Positions 43,107 to 60,452 of a DNA stretch of 64,000 bases are shown piece by piece; position 1 is the first letter of the stretch; the number at the start of each line of letters is the position of its first letter. The notes under the pieces are model-generated. The model saw only the letters and a program-made list of their open reading frames with translations. It searched no databases and was not told where the DNA came from. The position numbers and the translations under genes were made by a program. Source of the stretch: the human T2T-CHM13v2.0 reference genome, Homo sapiens. The stretch lies in assembly GCF_009914755.1 (NCBI RefSeq), contig NC_060935.1; one strand, given 5' to 3'.

Positions 43107-45899
43107 GGTGTATATTCTATAATCCAGCAACCCTGATCTTGGAACTTAACTGAAGAGACTCTCCCATGGGTTTAATGAAGAGAAATGTAAAAGAATACAT
43201 GTCACTGCATTTTGGGTGGGGGACATTAAATTGTAAGCCCATTGTCATACCTTAAAACTAGTCATTGCATTTTAATGCAATCCCTCCATTACCTCTACTC
43301 CTACTTTTTGCTCTCAAACAAGAAGCTACCACCTTATGCTTCATCTTTTAGGCACCATCTTTATTGCAACCAGGAATCCATTTAAACCTACCATTTTTCA
43401 TAAAACCTTCCTTTCTTCATGTCTTCACTTCTTTCCTACCCAGGTTACATTTTATGGTTCAACTTAATCACTTCATTAACTCCTTTGTCTCTCTCTTGCT
43501 CTGATATTTTCACCTGGCAAAACCCCAACCCTGTTAGATCTAACTCTCCACACTTCACAACTATACCAAGGGAGATAAATATGGTTAGGGAAATTTTCAA
43601 AACACTGCTGTCTGGTATCACTTTAAATTTATGGTCATATATATCAAGTAGATTCTTAGTGCTGCCAGCAAACAATGTGTTGCCAAATCTGTTCATCCTC
43701 CTACTTTTCAGAATCAATGAATGTGTTATACACAGAGCAATATGGGAAGATAATTAAAACAATGTTGATTGAAAAATAAGAGAGTGAAATCTACAATAAA
43801 ATATCCTTTAGGTAAATTTAAAATGCATATTGCAAAACAACACTAAAGTATATATAAAATGTTCCCATTTTTCATGAATACATACATGTTTAAGACCTTA
43901 TGGAATGCATTTAACTGGGTGCCCATGAAGGGAAATGGAATACAAACCATATGAGATAATAGGAAAAGAACAAAAGGAAAGCTCATTCTGCCAGACTTTA
44001 AGACTGATTACATAGCCAAGTAAGGTGAGAATGACAAAAGAACAATGGAACAGAGTACAAAGGGTGGATGGGAAATTAAGAGAAAAAAGAAATAGACTAA
44101 ACTATAATAAGAGAAGTGCCTTGCACAGACTAATAGTGACCTGTGGAGTATGATCGATTTCATTCCCTGCACCTGGAGTTTAGTTTTTATATTGAATAAA
44201 AGAAAACAGACAAGCAAATGATCTGTCCAGAGAGAGCAAGGGCAGCTAGTCGGGTGTGGCACTTCAGAATAAAGTTGTCTTCATCCTACTATGTAAGAAT
44301 TCTCCAGCATAAAGTTTCATCTCCTGCCTTCTTACTCTCAAGTAGATATTTTCAGTTCTGATGTCAATAAGAAGCAGATAGGTCACACATATACACATGT
44401 GTAAAATGGGCTTCAAGCAGAATAGCTACCAACTGGTCTGCTGACATTTGTCAATGTGGGCCTAGTATTGCTAGAACATTTACAGTTATTTTTAAAAAGA
44501 AATCAGAAATATAAATTTTATGTGAGACTTCCCAGTTTTAGATTATTTGCAATCTAATTTATAAAGTTCAAATCACTACATGAGTCCTGATTAGGCTCAT
44601 GGGCCAATAATTTGGTATATATGAACAGATGTGAAGCCTGCCAGTTGCTAAATTCCACTTATTTACACAGAGCTCGTCAATACTACTCCCTTATTCTTAA
44701 ATATGAATGGGCAACTGTGAGCCATTATATATTTAAGGAATGCCTGTAGCATGACTAAGGTATACATATTGAAAAAAGCAATCTCTTGGGAAACAGAGAT
44801 AATTCTGGAAACAGAAAAGAAGTTTAACTATCACATATCATAGTAATCTGCTTTCCAAGTCTAATAACTATTTCTGAGTTCCTACACTGACTTTTAGGAG
44901 GTCAAAAATTAGTCTCCTTATTGTCCAGCTGGGCTTTTTGGACATTAGATATTTATTCTAGACTGTAACTCACGTTGTAAAATACTACTGTGTTCATGGA
45001 TTAGTTACTTTTGACTTTTTTTCTCCATACTGTCTTCAGAATAAGATAAATGTCACTACATCACCAGAGTTCTCAGGTGGCTGGCAGAATGATGACAAAT
45101 TTAATTATCGCAAGAAACACCGCTGTATTGGTGCTGTACATTGTTCTTGAGAAGGTGTATCGGTCTCTCCAGACCCAAATCCAGATTTGATAACAGGAAA
45201 TCATCAACTGCATTATGTTACCCTATTAACTCTAAATAAAATATCATGATATTTTAAAATAAAATCATGATTTTAAATCATGATTTTTTAAAAAAACATT
45301 ATATTTTAAAATAAAATATATAAATATTTTATTTATATTAAAATAAAACTAAATAAAAATATTATGATATTTTTAGTTACATAAAAAGAAAGTGTCAATT
45401 CCTTCATCTCTTTTTTTTTTTAGAGTAATAAGACAGAAGAAGCCCAAGAGCAAATATTTTATTATAATGGGCTATATGCTTTTAAGGGATAAAAAGAGGG
45501 AATTACAGACATCCTTCGTTTGAACTTCAGTCTTACCAGGGATTTTAAGATTGATGAATTCTGACCTTTTAGTAGAAAAGTAAAATAAAAATTTGCTTGG
45601 AAATCTTGGCCATTTATTAAAGTTTTGTGCCTTTGATAATTTTTTTGTTGACTAAAGTTTACATTCTCCATTCAGAACTGTTTGCCACTTGCCATAGAGT
45701 TTTGTTTTTTCATTTGTTTAACTGAAATATACTGAGCAACTGCCAAAGCGCAAGACCTGGGATGGGGTGGAGGAGGGATACAAAGATCAGTCAGATGTAG
45801 GCTGTGCTGTAAAAATGCTCATGCTCACCATGCTGAAAACTGCTGGTAATTTGCATTAGGTCCAAAAAGAATGTTGTATTATACTTTGCCCAAAATAGA

Positions 45900-46080
45900 A
45901 TAATTGCAGGATCTGGAGTCAGACTGCCAAAGTTCAAATCAGCTGTGCAACTTAATAGTGGTGTGACCTTGGATCAATTTCTTACATTTTCTGTTTCTCT
46001 GTTCTCTTATCTGTACAGTTGCAGTAAAAAAAATAGTGCAGACATAGATTGTTGTGAAGATTTAATGCAATACTACTTGT
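45900..46080 (+). mobile_element. MIR
   Basis: tctggagtcagactgcc..gttcaaatc...tgtgaccttgg...ttgttgtgaagatt core. Confidence 0.7.
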
Positions 46081-46964
46081 ACAAGGGAGGCGAATTGCCT
46101 CTGGATTCTCACATTATATAGAAATTTGGGGATTTAATTCTTGTAATTATCTTTGAAATAGATTTTATTATGTCTGGCGATTAAAAAAAACAAAGGTTTT
46201 TTTAAAGAGTGAATAACATTTTTAAAAATTCATAGACAATACCAGAGCCAAAACTGAATCCTTATTCAATTTTTACATTGCAAACAGGGTTATAGAATTT
46301 TCTGAGAGAGTCACATTTTCAGATATTCTGTGTCATTATACCACAGTGTCCCAATTTTGGGTCTGTAAACCATAATCTCTATAATCCTCACTGCCTCTTA
46401 TGAATTTGGAGTCTGAAATGCCTGGCATTTTCAAGCCCCAAGCCCCAAAAAGCAATCAGAGAAGGAGAAAGGAGCAACTCCTGTTTCAGGGAAAATTAAG
46501 AGATTTTGGAAGACCATGTTCTTCTTGTTTCTTCCCTTCAACCCACAAGCCTGGTCTTGCACAGTGATGCCACTTGGTATGATTTAAGGAAAATCTCCCT
46601 GCATCAGCCTACTTTCCTGAGAGGTTCATTGAACAAACACCCAGAAAGGCATAAAATGGCTATTAGGAACTAACACACTAGTGTGGCTTCATTTAATCAG
46701 CTTGCTTTCCTAATGCAAAGTAAAGTCCAACGGAAAGAGCAGTAGGAATTGTGTCGAGTTAAGGCACAGGATAAGAATGAAGTGAGGAAGATAACAACAT
46801 TATTGAATGCCAGAATAAAAGCTACAGATGCATAGTGGATCAGCAGAAAGGAGTAGAGGGCATAGTAACGTTGAAAGAGGCATCAATGGGGAAATAAAAG
46901 GGCAGAGATTGAGAGACCATATATAAGAATGTATGTTATAAACAGGTGGAGATGTGAGAAAAAT

Positions 46965-47112
46965 CCTTTCTACTCGAAGTGTGGTCCTCAGATCAGCAGT
47001 GATGTATCAGCTGGAGCTTGTTAGAAATGCAGGATCTCAGACTCCACCTATAATTAAAATGCATTTAACAAGATCCCCACTTGATTTCAGTGCACATTAA
47101 ACTTTGAGGAGG
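46965..47112. mobile_element. MER5A
   Basis: aagtgtggtcc...gcttgttagaaatgca...tttaacaagatcccc...aaactttgag. Confidence 0.7.
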
Positions 47113-47193
47113 GTGCATCAAAGGTACACACATGGATGATGAGAAAACCTTGCAGATGGGTGGTGGAGGGAGCAGCTTGATGGATGAGATGAA

Positions 47194-47196
<3 letters not shown>

Positions 47197-47231
<35 letters not shown>
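47197..47231. repeat. (TA)n microsatellite
   Basis: Seen directly. Confidence 0.95.
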
Positions 47232-47235
<4 letters not shown>

Positions 47236-47849
47236 AAAATGTGCCAGGAGGAAGGTGGTCATGGAGTAGTTTGTGGGTAGTTTAGCTGATTATGAATTAT
47301 ATATTAGTTTCCACTCATGCTTTCAGAGCCTCAATGGTATGAGACAAAGCATGAGAGTGTTAAGGAATGGAGTGGGAGATTCCTAAAAGATTCTGATGTT
47401 ATTAGGAATTGGTTTTAATTTTAGGCTTTTGTCACTGAATGTACATTTTTCTTCCCTTTTGTTTGTTTGGCTATTTTTAATTGAGAAAGCTGTATTGTGG
47501 GGAGCTATTCAAAAGTGACTTAAAGCAAGAAGTCACTCCCATAAGCTTGGCTTCTGAACATTCTTGCTTCTTCCTCTCATTCTTCAATCATTTTCTCATA
47601 GGCTGTTTTGCAAGTCTTCAAGTCTTCTAGGCATCCCTTGGATGTTTTTGTTTTCAGGATCTGTTCTCGGCTGTCTCTTCTCTTTTCACAGAACAAAATT
47701 CTCTAGGTTGTATAATCGATTATTGCAGTTTCCACTACCACTAATACACTAGTGACTTTCAGAGTTTTATCTTCAGTCTTGTTCAATTGGGAGCGTCAGA
47801 CCTACTGCTCAGTTCATATATCTTACTGGATATACAACAGGCAACTCAC

Positions 47850-48212
47850 ATGGTTATGGACTGAATGTCTGTGTCCTTCCGAAATTCATACATTGAAAAA
47901 TCCCAACCCCCAGTGCAGTGGTACTGGGGGAGGGTCTTTGGGAGGTAATTAGGTCATGAGGGTGAGGCCCTCAAGAGTGGGATTAGTACCCTCATTAGAA
48001 GATACACAAGGGAGGTGATACCTATTTCTGCTATTTGAGGATATAATTAGAAGATGGGCATTTGTAAACCTGGAACAGGGCCTTCACCAGAACCCAACTA
48101 TACTGGCACTCTGATCTTAGACTTCCAGTCTCCAGAACTGTGAGAAATGAATGTTTATTCTTCAAGCCACCTAGTCGATGGTAATTTGTTATAGCAGCCT
48201 GAGCTGGCTAAG
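47850..48212 (+). mobile_element. MLT1A-like MaLR LTR inserted in L2 (~47550-49050)
   Basis: tatggactgaatgtctgtgtcc...taggtcatgagggtg...acttccagtctccagaactgtgagaaa...ttgttatagcagcc. Confidence 0.85.
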
Positions 48213-49149
48213 AGAGAGACTCAAGAAGTCACAAGCTGAATTCATCATCTTCTTTCTAAAACACCCTCTCTATACTCTACCAGTGAATGTTACTACCATG
48301 ATCTCAGTCTCCTATGCAGGGATCATAGATGTCCCTGTATGTTTCAAGTTTTTCCACGTTCTCCATCTCTAATTATCATTAAAACATATTGATTCTATCT
48401 CCTTAACACTTCTGCATCCACCTTCTTATTTCCATTCACATGGCTATTGCCTTGGTTCAGTGCCTTCTAGATCCCTTCCCTGATATATCACAGCAGTCTT
48501 TTAACTATTTGCCACCTTCAGTGTAGCCCCATTTCAATTTTAATCTCAATGCTTCAGACAAAGTGGCATTTTAAAAACTCACATTTAGAACTAAAATATC
48601 TCTCATGTTAAAACTAGACAATAGCTCCCCATTAACTATTGAATAACTTTTAAACATTTTTGTAAATAATGTATAAAGCTTGTATCCTGCATATTGTACA
48701 GCTTTATCTCTCATTGCAGTTCTCTCTGCAGGTTTTGTCTTCTGCTTAAAATTTTCTGAATAGAAAAATCTGTTTCATACCTCCATATCTTTGTTCGTGC
48801 TGTGCACTCTACCTGTACCTTCTCTGTCTCTTCTCTTTGCCAGATATAATTTTAAGGGCTGAACAGTGATTAGCTTATACATAAAGTCTTTCCTAACCAC
48901 CCCCTCCATCTTTTGTATGTACACTGAACCTTATGCAGCCTTGGATTATCACTCACATGTTCCACCAACACGGCAGTTCTAAGGCCCTGGTCTGTTTACA
49001 TTATTGTTCTTACTCTTCTGATGCTTAATTGCAAAAATGTCTATTCCTGCGAGACTGCAAGGCCTGGGTGGAGGAGGCATTTAGGGCCTAGGAGACAGCA
49101 TTGGCTAATGGATCCTGTGGGGCTGGAGCTAAAAAGGCATTGTTTATAA

Positions 49150-50712
49150 ATAAAGGAAATGGCCAAAAGTAACGGGAGCCAAGTTTCTCACTGTAAGAGA
49201 AAGGATATTCAATAATTTAAAGGGTGAAAATTAGAACAGAATGGTGTTCCATCAGAATTGGAGATACCAGTATGATGAACTCTTGAGAGAGATATATATT
49301 TATATTATACACACACACAAACACACACACACACGAGAGAGAGAGTGAAAGAAAGGAAAAGGACATAGCCCTGTATGTGCATGTGTAGATAGATACATGT
49401 GTGTGTGTGTACATTTTCTATATTTTCTAGCTTTTTCTGCTGAGACAGCCTAAAAGCAATGGAGCCCCAGCAGCAAAGAACACACATAGTGTCCAGATCT
49501 GGACTTATATATGTATGTTTCTCCAATAAGAGAAACAAAGACTTTTTAGAGAAATGTTTAATTCCAGGGCTGGGGCAAGGAAAGTACAAGATGAGCCCAA
49601 AATATCTTGATTTGTCATAAAACAAGAGAATGATTAAAAACAATGTGGACTTATCAAAATGACACAGTAAGCAGCCAGAAGGACCACTGGGAGAGTTTCA
49701 GCATCAAAATAAATAAAGATAGTAATGAATTATAACCTATTGATTAAAATAAGGATCAGTGAGTCCATAGTGAGATAAATGATTAAAGAAATATGGGAGA
49801 AGCAAAAGCTCTTTCTTACAGTACAGAATCAACTAGTAAATGTAGAAGGAATGATAGAAAGTTAGGAAGTCATTATTAGCAAACATCATAGTAATTATTT
49901 AGGCATGAATCATCAATAGAGTATAAAACTAGTGGGTAAAAGTTTGATGAGGAATAAGATATTAATGTAATATCAAAGGATCTCTCCACAAAATACTTAA
50001 TTGTAAAGGGAAGACTACAAATTTATAGTGAAGAAATTTGGCAAGCACCACCTTTATCTAGTGATAAAAATTAACATCATTTAGAATGATACAAATCAAC
50101 ATTGTCTTCTTGTTATGATCTGCTGAGAAGAACATAGCATCATTTCTGTGATGTTCCTGCCATAAATGCATAACCTGAATCTAATATTGAAGCAGCATTA
50201 TTAAACTCAAGTTGAGGGGAATTCTACAAAATAGCTAGCTTGTACTATTCAAAAATGTCAACATCATGAACGAGAAAAGACAGAAACTGTTTCAGACGGA
50301 AGAAAATGAAAAGTGACAACGGTAGCATTTTATCTCAGGCAGAACTTGAACCAGAATATTCTTGTACTTTCCTTTGCTATAATGTACAATATTGGGACTA
50401 TTTGTGAAATTTGAATGGAATTTGTGAATTTTATGGTCTCAATGTTCATTTTCTCAATTTTGTACTTATATAGGAGAGTGTCCTTTTCTTAGAGATATAG
50501 GCATAATGGATTATCATGGCTTCCACTTATTTTCAACTGGTTTGGGGGGAAAATGTGTGTGTGTGGATAAAGGCAGGGTGGAGTGGGGAGAGAGAATGGC
50601 AAAGAAATTGTGTCAAATGTTAACAATTGGGAACCCTGACAAGGCATACTGAAATTCTTTTTACTCATCTTACAACCTTTCTCTAACTTTGAAATTATTA
50701 TAAAATAAAATG
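49150..50712 (+). mobile_element. L1MC-like 3' region
   Basis: ccaagtttctcactgt; gtgtccagatc...ttccagggctggggcaaggaaagtacaagatgagcc; aatgcataacctgaatctaat. Confidence 0.7.
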
Positions 50713-52391
50713 TTTTTAATCACTATTTCTTTGCCACTTTTTGTACTTCAATTTTCTTTCCCAACTTCAACTACCTTCTAGTGATCTTCAAAGGCTCATG
50801 GAAATAAATTTATAAAATACAGAAATGAATTCATTAAAATAAGAAGTGTAACATGGTGTTTAAGCTTTTGTGCTCTTGAATCAAACTTCCTGAGTTCAAA
50901 ATTCCAACCCATATGTGGTTTTAAGGCAAATCACTTAACTTCTCCATGTCTATTTTCTCATCTGTACAATAGGAATGATAAAAAAAAAAAAAAGCTCACT
51001 TTATGATTGGGGAGAATTAAGTCATTCAGCATATTTAAAACACATAGCACAGTGCCCAGCACATGGTAAATAATTAATGTATATTCAAAAAATTTTGAAG
51101 GACTTATTGAGAAAGATTACTGCAGAAAAAAGCTGATTTGTGTAGCATTTTGTTTACTAGAATCTCTGTAGAACCTGAGTGGCTGACAATCCTAAAGAAC
51201 CTCCATATCCACATAATAATAATTTAATATCTGCAAGCCATGAAAATCTGAGCAGAAGACTGAGGAATCAATCCACGTGAGAATTTTAATTATAAGAATG
51301 AGTGGGTTTTCTTATTAACATACTTAAAAACCACTGCCACCACTGCCCAGATTCATCAGACAGTAGGGAGGATGGGGAAGCATAAGGCAGCTACTTTTAC
51401 TGAGATTCAGAACGGAACAAACCCTGGATACTGCAGGCAATGCCCAATAGTTTTTCCATGAGCTATTTAAAAACTGGAGAAGTATTGGATTTTATGAGGT
51501 CAGTCAGTGAAGCAGAAAAAGCTCAGTTTGCCTGTGATGCTCCTGGAATACAAGTAATATATCTGCATTGCAGCAGAGGAGCAATGTAGGGAAGGAAATG
51601 TAAGAAAACTGGGTGAAGAGAAACACAATTAAAATCACATGCTCCAAGCTCTCAGTCTAAAATAAAATCCTTCTCAAGTTATTGTCTTTGAAGGACATTA
51701 TGGCAGTCAAGAGCACTGGTTTTATAGCCAGACAGATCTAAATGTGAATCTTGGCTTTGTCACTTGATGCTCAACAGTTAATCTTGAATAAGTTACAGAA
51801 CCTCTCGAAGACTTAGATACCTGAAATAGAAAATGGGATGATAGAACTTGCCTCAGAGTTTTATGTGAGCACCAAATGAGGTAATATTAAAATGACTGTC
51901 ACACGTGTTCAGTACACATATTTATTGCTCCTTTTCTGACAGAAAGCATGAAGCAACAAGAAAAAAAGACAAATTTGGGAAGAAAAAGTTTTTATTTATT
52001 TTTCACTATTAAGTTAATATTCTTGTAGTTTTTTGTTAACTTTTTATTTAGAGATATACATTATTAATATAATACATTAAGAAATAAGAAAATATTAAAT
52101 TATTAAGAAATAATACAGAAATATTCCAGTTTGAAGAACCTTTATTCAATTTAGTCAGTTTAGAGTAACCCTCATTAAACTCTTCCAAGCACGAATCTCC
52201 TCCATTTCTATAATTTTGTATTTTTAAGAATGTTATATAAATGGAGTGATGCAGTGTGTAACCTTTAAAGATTGGCTGTTGTTTTTTTAAACTCAACAAA
52301 ATTCTCTGGAGATGCATTCAGGTTTTTGCATGTTTTAATAGTTTGTATCTTTTTATTGCTGATTAGCATTGCAAGGTATAGATGCATCACT

Positions 52392-52695
52392 ATTTTTTGT
52401 TGTTGTTGTTGTTTTAGACAGTGTCTCACTCTGTCGCCCAGTCTGGAGTGCAGTGGCTTGATCTTGGCTCACTGTACCCTTGCCTCCAGGATTCAAGTGT
52501 TTCTCATGCCTCAGCCTCACAAGTAGCTGGGACCACAGGTGCCCACCAACATGCCCAGCTAATTTTTGTATTTTTAGTAGAGACAGGGTTTCACCACGTT
52601 GGCCAGGCTGGTCTCAAACTCCTGGCCTCAAGTGATCTGCCCACCTCGGCCTCCCACAGTGCTGGGATTACAGGCGCAAGCCACTGAGCCCAGCC
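52392..52695 (-). mobile_element. Alu (AluSz/J-like)
   Basis: Reverse dimer; TSD AGATGCATCAC 52380-52390 / 52696-52706. Confidence 0.9.
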
Positions 52696-55600
52696 AGATG
52701 CATCACAGTTTAATCATTCACTCCTTGTTTTTTTTTCCAGTTTTTTAGTGTAATGAATAAATCAGCTATAAATATTTGTTCACAGGTTTTTGGGTGAACA
52801 TAAGTTTTCATTTCTCTGGGATAAATGCCCAGGATCATAAATTGCTGGATCATATGGTAGTTGCATGCATAGCTTTTTTAAAACACTGCCAAATTGTTTT
52901 CCACACAGGCCGTACCATTTTACATTCACACCAGCAATGTAAGAGTAAGCCATTTTCTCTAAAAGCTTGCCAGCATTTGGTGTTGTCACTATTTTTAATT
53001 TTAACCATTCTGATAGATGTGTAAGGAGGTCTCATTTGTGGTTTTAATTTGCATTTCCTGAGTGGCTAATGATGTTGAACATCTTTTCATGTGCCTATTT
53101 GACATATGCGCATGCCAGAGGATAACTACGCATATCTGCTGGTGAAATGTCTCTTCATATCCTTTTCCTACTTTGTAATTGAGTTGTTTATTACTGGTTA
53201 GTTTTGAGAGTTCCTTATATATTCTAAATATTAGTAATTTGTTAGATATGTGGTTTGCAAATATTTTATTCCACCCTGTAGCTTGCCTTTTCATTCTCTT
53301 AAGTGTTTTTCACAGAGACAAGGTTTCAATTTTTGCTGTTCCATTTATCAGTTTTTCCTTTTATGAATCAGTGTATCAAGTCAAGGAAATCTTTGCTTAA
53401 CTGTGATTCCTTAAGATATTTTCCTAGGTTTTTTCTAAAGTTATCATAAGTGTTACATTTTACATTTATGGGCATAATTTATATTCATTTTGGGTTAATT
53501 TTGGATAAGGTGTAAAACAGGTTGAGGGGTGTGTGTGTGTGTGTGCACACACGCACGTGTGGCTACTTTTGGTCTATGGATGTCCAGTTGTTGCAGCACC
53601 ATTTGTTGAAAAGGCAATCTTTCCTTTATTAAATTACCTTTATTTCCTGTGAACTTTTGTCAAAAATCTATTGAACATTTTTTAGCACATTTCTGAATTC
53701 TCTATTGTGTCCCATTGTTCTACTGATCTATTCCTCCACTAGTACTACATAGTCTTGTTTACTCTAACTATACAATAAGTCTTGAAATCATATAGACCAA
53801 TTCTTTCTGATTTTTGTTTTTAATTTTTTTTTTTTTTTAGCTTTTTTAGTTCCTTCACCTTTCCATATAAATTTTAGGATTGTCTATCTCATCTGTATAT
53901 GAAAAATCTTACTGGGAAATTGATAGGAGTTGTGTTAAACCTGCATATGAATATGGGAAGAATTGGCATCTTTACTGTTTTGAGTTTTCCAATCTGTTAA
54001 ACCAGTATGTCTCTCATTTCTTTTGATCTTTGATTTCTTTCACCAGCATTTTGTAGTTTTCAGCATCCAAATCTTGTACATTTTTTTAGATTTATACCTG
54101 TGTCATTTTTCAAGTGATTATACATGGTACTGTATTTTTAATTTCATTTTCCATGTGATCATTACTAATGAATAATATTTGTATATTAATCTTGTATCTC
54201 ATTACCTTGCTGAACACACTTACTAGTTCTAGGAATTTTGAGGGTTTTTTTTTTTTGTAGATTCCTTGATATTTTCTATCTAGACAATCATTTCATTTGC
54301 AAACAGGGGCAGTTTTATTTCTTCCTTTTCTGTTTGCCTTTCGTTTCTTTTTCTTGTCTTATTGCACTGGATGGAACTTCCAGCATTATTTTGAATAAGA
54401 GTGGTGAATGCCTTGTTCCCAACCTTAATGGAAAAGCATCTTTCTCCATTAAAGATAATGGTATTATAGGTATTGTGTAGATGTTCTATCAAGCTGAAGG
54501 TATTTCCTTCTACTCCTATGCTTCTGAGAGTTTTTACAATGAATGGGTGAAGAATTTTATTAAATGTCTTTTCTGCACTGGTTGCTATGTTCATGTGGTT
54601 TTGCTTTTATAGTCTGTTAAAATAGTGAATTATATTGGTTGATTTTTAATTATTGAGCCAGCCTTGCATTTTTGGAATCATTTCAACTTGGTCATGGTGT
54701 ATAATTCTTTTTACATATTGCTGAATTGTATTTGCTAATATTTTAAGGACTTTTTCACTTATATTCATGAGGGTTATTGTTCTTTAACTTCTTTTTCAAT
54801 ATACTGTCTTGTTTTGATATCATGGTAATATTACTTCATAAAATAAATTGGGAAACGATCCCTCATCTTCTATTTTTTGGAAGCACTTATGTAGAATTTA
54901 TGTTAATTATTCTTCTAATGTTTGGTAAAATTCTCTGGAGAAACCATCTGAGTCTGTAGATATATTTTGGGGGAGTTTTTAAAATTCAATTTTATTGTTA
55001 TAGAATTAGATTATCTCTTTTATATTGGGTGAATTGTGGTACTTTGTGTTTTTTGAGGAACTAGCTCATTTCATCCAAGTTGGCACATTTATGGTTTCAG
55101 TAATGTTGATACTATTTCCTTACAATCCTTTTTATGTCTGCAGGGTCTATAGTGATATCCTCTGTTTCATTCCATATATTGGTAATTCGTATTCTCTTTC
55201 CCTCTTTCTTAATATCAATTTTGTTAAAGGTTTGCCAATTTCATTATCTCCCCACCTTCGTCCGAATGATTTTTCTCTTTTTTTCTGTTTTCAGTTTTAT
55301 TGATTTCCATTTTTATCTTCATTACTTCATTTCTTCACTTGCTTTGGATTTATTTTGTTTCCCTTTTTCTAGGTTCTTGAGGTGGCAACTTAGATGATCA
55401 CTTTGAGACTTTTCTTCTTTTCTAATGTATGCATTTCTTTCTTAACATTGCGTTAGCTGTGTTCTAAAAGTTTTGATATGTTGTATTTTCCTTTTTATTC
55501 AATGAGATATTTTTTTAAATTTCCTTTGAGACATTCTCTTAAGACCAATAGGTTATATAGAAGTGTATTTATATTTTCCAAATTATTTGGACATTCTTCT

Positions 55601-56569
55601 GTTATGTTTCTGCTTTTGATTCCCAGTTTGATTATATTGACCACACTATCTAGAATTTCATTTATTTTAATTTTGTTGAGGTTTGCTTTATGGACCAGGG
55701 TATGGCCTATCTTGGTATATGTTCTGTGGGCACTTGGAACAAAAATACGTTCTGCTGGTTTTAGGTGTAGTGTTCTATAAGTGCTGATTAAATCCTGTTG
55801 GCTGATAATGTTGTTGAGTTATTCATATCTTTGGTGATTTTATGTCTAGTTGTTCAATACATTGTTGAGAGAGGTCTCCACATGTAACTGTGGATTTGTC
55901 ATTTTCTTGTTTCTGTTATATCAGTTTTTGCTTTGTATATTTTACAGCTCTTTTTTTTAGGATATAAACATTTAGGATTACTATATGTCTTTTTGGTGCA
56001 TTGACCTTTGTACCTCCCTGTCACTGGTAGTTTTCTTTGTTCTAAAATATATTTTATCTGACAATATTGCCACTCCTGCTTTCTTTAATGTTTGCACAAT
56101 ATCTATTTTTTGATCCTTTTACTCTCACTCTATCTATATGCAATATATGAAGTGAGTTTCTTTTACACAGCATATAATCAGGTTGTGCTTTTTAATTTCA
56201 CTTTGCCCATCTCTGTTTTTCAATTAGTGAATTTAGATAACATATAATTATTGATAATGCTATGGTTTAAGTGCACCCATTTTTCTTTGTTTTCTGTTTT
56301 TTTCCCTTTATTTTCTTTTTCTTGTCTTCTTGTGGTTTACTTGAAATATTTTAGAATTCCATTTTGATGTATCTGTAATGTTTTTTAATGTATCTCTTTA
56401 TATAGCTTTTTTATTGCATGCTCTAGATATCACCTGATATCTATCTGTATTTATAGCTGTCTATATCTATGTCTTTGTATATCACTTATCCTAGTCTACT
56501 GGTATCATTTTACCAGTTTGCATGAAATGTAGAAAATTTATTTTCTATTACATCCCTTTCTACTCCCCC

Positions 56570-58480
<1,911 letters not shown>

Positions 58481-60452
58481 TTATATTATCATTGTCTTAA
58501 ACATTTCTTCTACATGTATTTAGAACTGTGTCAGACAATATTATGACTTTCTGCTTTAACCATCAAACATAACTCAGAAAACTCAAGAGGAAGAGGAAAG
58601 CCTATTGTAGTTATTTATATTTTTGTTTAGCATACTTTTTTTCTTCCTAATTTTCCACAATATTTTCTGCTGTCATTTCATTTTTGTTTAGCCATTGTTT
58701 TAGGTAGGTCTGTAGGTAACAAATTATTTTCCTTCATCTGACAATTTCTTGATTTCACCCTTCATTTCTGAAGAATATTTTCACAGAGAATAGGATTCTG
58801 AGTTGACAGTTCTCTTAGCACTTGAAAAGTACTGTGCTACTTCCTTCTGACTTCAGTGGTTTCTGATGAGAAATCCACTGTCATTCAAATTGGTTTTCCT
58901 CTATAGGCAAAGTGTCATTTTCCTCTGACTGCTTTCAAGACTTTTCATTTATCTTTAGTTTTCAGAAGTCAAGTTAATATAAGTGTGGTTGGATATCTCT
59001 GGGTTTATCTTTTTAGCTTCTTCAGTATATAGTTAATGCTCCTTTCCAAATTTGGGAAGATTTTATCCATTACTTCTTTGAGTACTTCTTCAGTCCCTCC
59101 CTCTTTCTCCTTTCTTCCTGGGATTCTGATGACACAAACATTAAATCATTTGTTATAGTCTCACAGATCTCTGAAGCTCTGTTAATTTAGTCTATTTTTT
59201 TCTCTGTTGTTCCAATTAAATAATTTCTACATTTCTTTCTTCAAGTTCACTGATTCTTTCCTTGGCAAATTTATGGCAGGCCTGAATATGCACAGGTCTT
59301 TAGGCCCTCAGCTTGAAAACATGATTGTCAGCATAATGAATGCCTAGATCTGAACCTCAAAGTGTACTCACATTAAACAAGCTCATGGAGGCTAATGACA
59401 AAAACCTTAAATGCCAATTAATTTACTTAATTTAAAATAAGAAGTTTAACCATCAGATAGACTTAGAACAAATGGTTTCTCGGTAGGCAAATGAAAATGG
59501 AAAACCTTAATTATAACTAAAAGGCTGCTTAGTTAGCCTGCAACTAGGAAAAGAGGAGTTATTTGGCAATTTTAATGCCTGATGTCATAGAGCCCTGGAA
59601 ATTACTAAGTACATCTCCACCACAGGATCATATCTGCCATATCACCTGGTTGGTTATGATACTGGGCCAGGACACTCTCTCTTCTGATCGTGAAATAAAA
59701 TACTACCACGGTTTGACTTTCCTTTTTCTAAACATCTTTTATTGGCTAAATATCTTAAAGACAGTCATGTTTTTACTCTATATGTGCTAGTACATTTAAA
59801 CACTTCTGTTCAAGTCTTGGCTAGAGCTTATTCTGTCTCTGCTTTGTGACTTTATATACCTCTCTAATTTAAATGATTATTTAAAAAATAGTTTAAAATT
59901 CAATGTGCAACTTTCTTTCCAACTTTCTGAAGGTTCTCTCATTGTTTTCTCTATGAACCACATACTAAAATTACTGGACAACAAAGACCAAGTGAGAATT
60001 GGTCTTTTTCTTTTGGGCAAAAGCTTTTTTTTTTTTTTTAATGGAGTCACAGCTGACAAGACCATGTCTGCTCTATAAAATCAGCTTTAAGAAATAGAAA
60101 GAGAAATTAGAGCTCTTAGAAGGTGGGAGAGAGTGAGTTCAGTTTCATGCCTATACTTCTGGTTTTAGGGGTTTGAGGGAAAGAGTGGCAGTAGGGGGCA
60201 AAAGTTAGGCTATGAGGGCCATGTCCAAAAGTCCCTCAGGTTCTGTCTTTGGAGAATTGTAGACTGCCTTTAAGGGAACTGCAAGGTTTCCTTCAGTATA
60301 CGTTGGATTAATTGGTTCCTCTGGTTAAATAGTTACCATGCTTAGTTTTAATACAACTAATTGATTTCTTATCATCTGTCTAATAATTTAGTTCAAATTC
60401 TTTTCCATTTAAGGACAGAATTCTAATGTTCTCACATTTAAGAAGGAAATTT

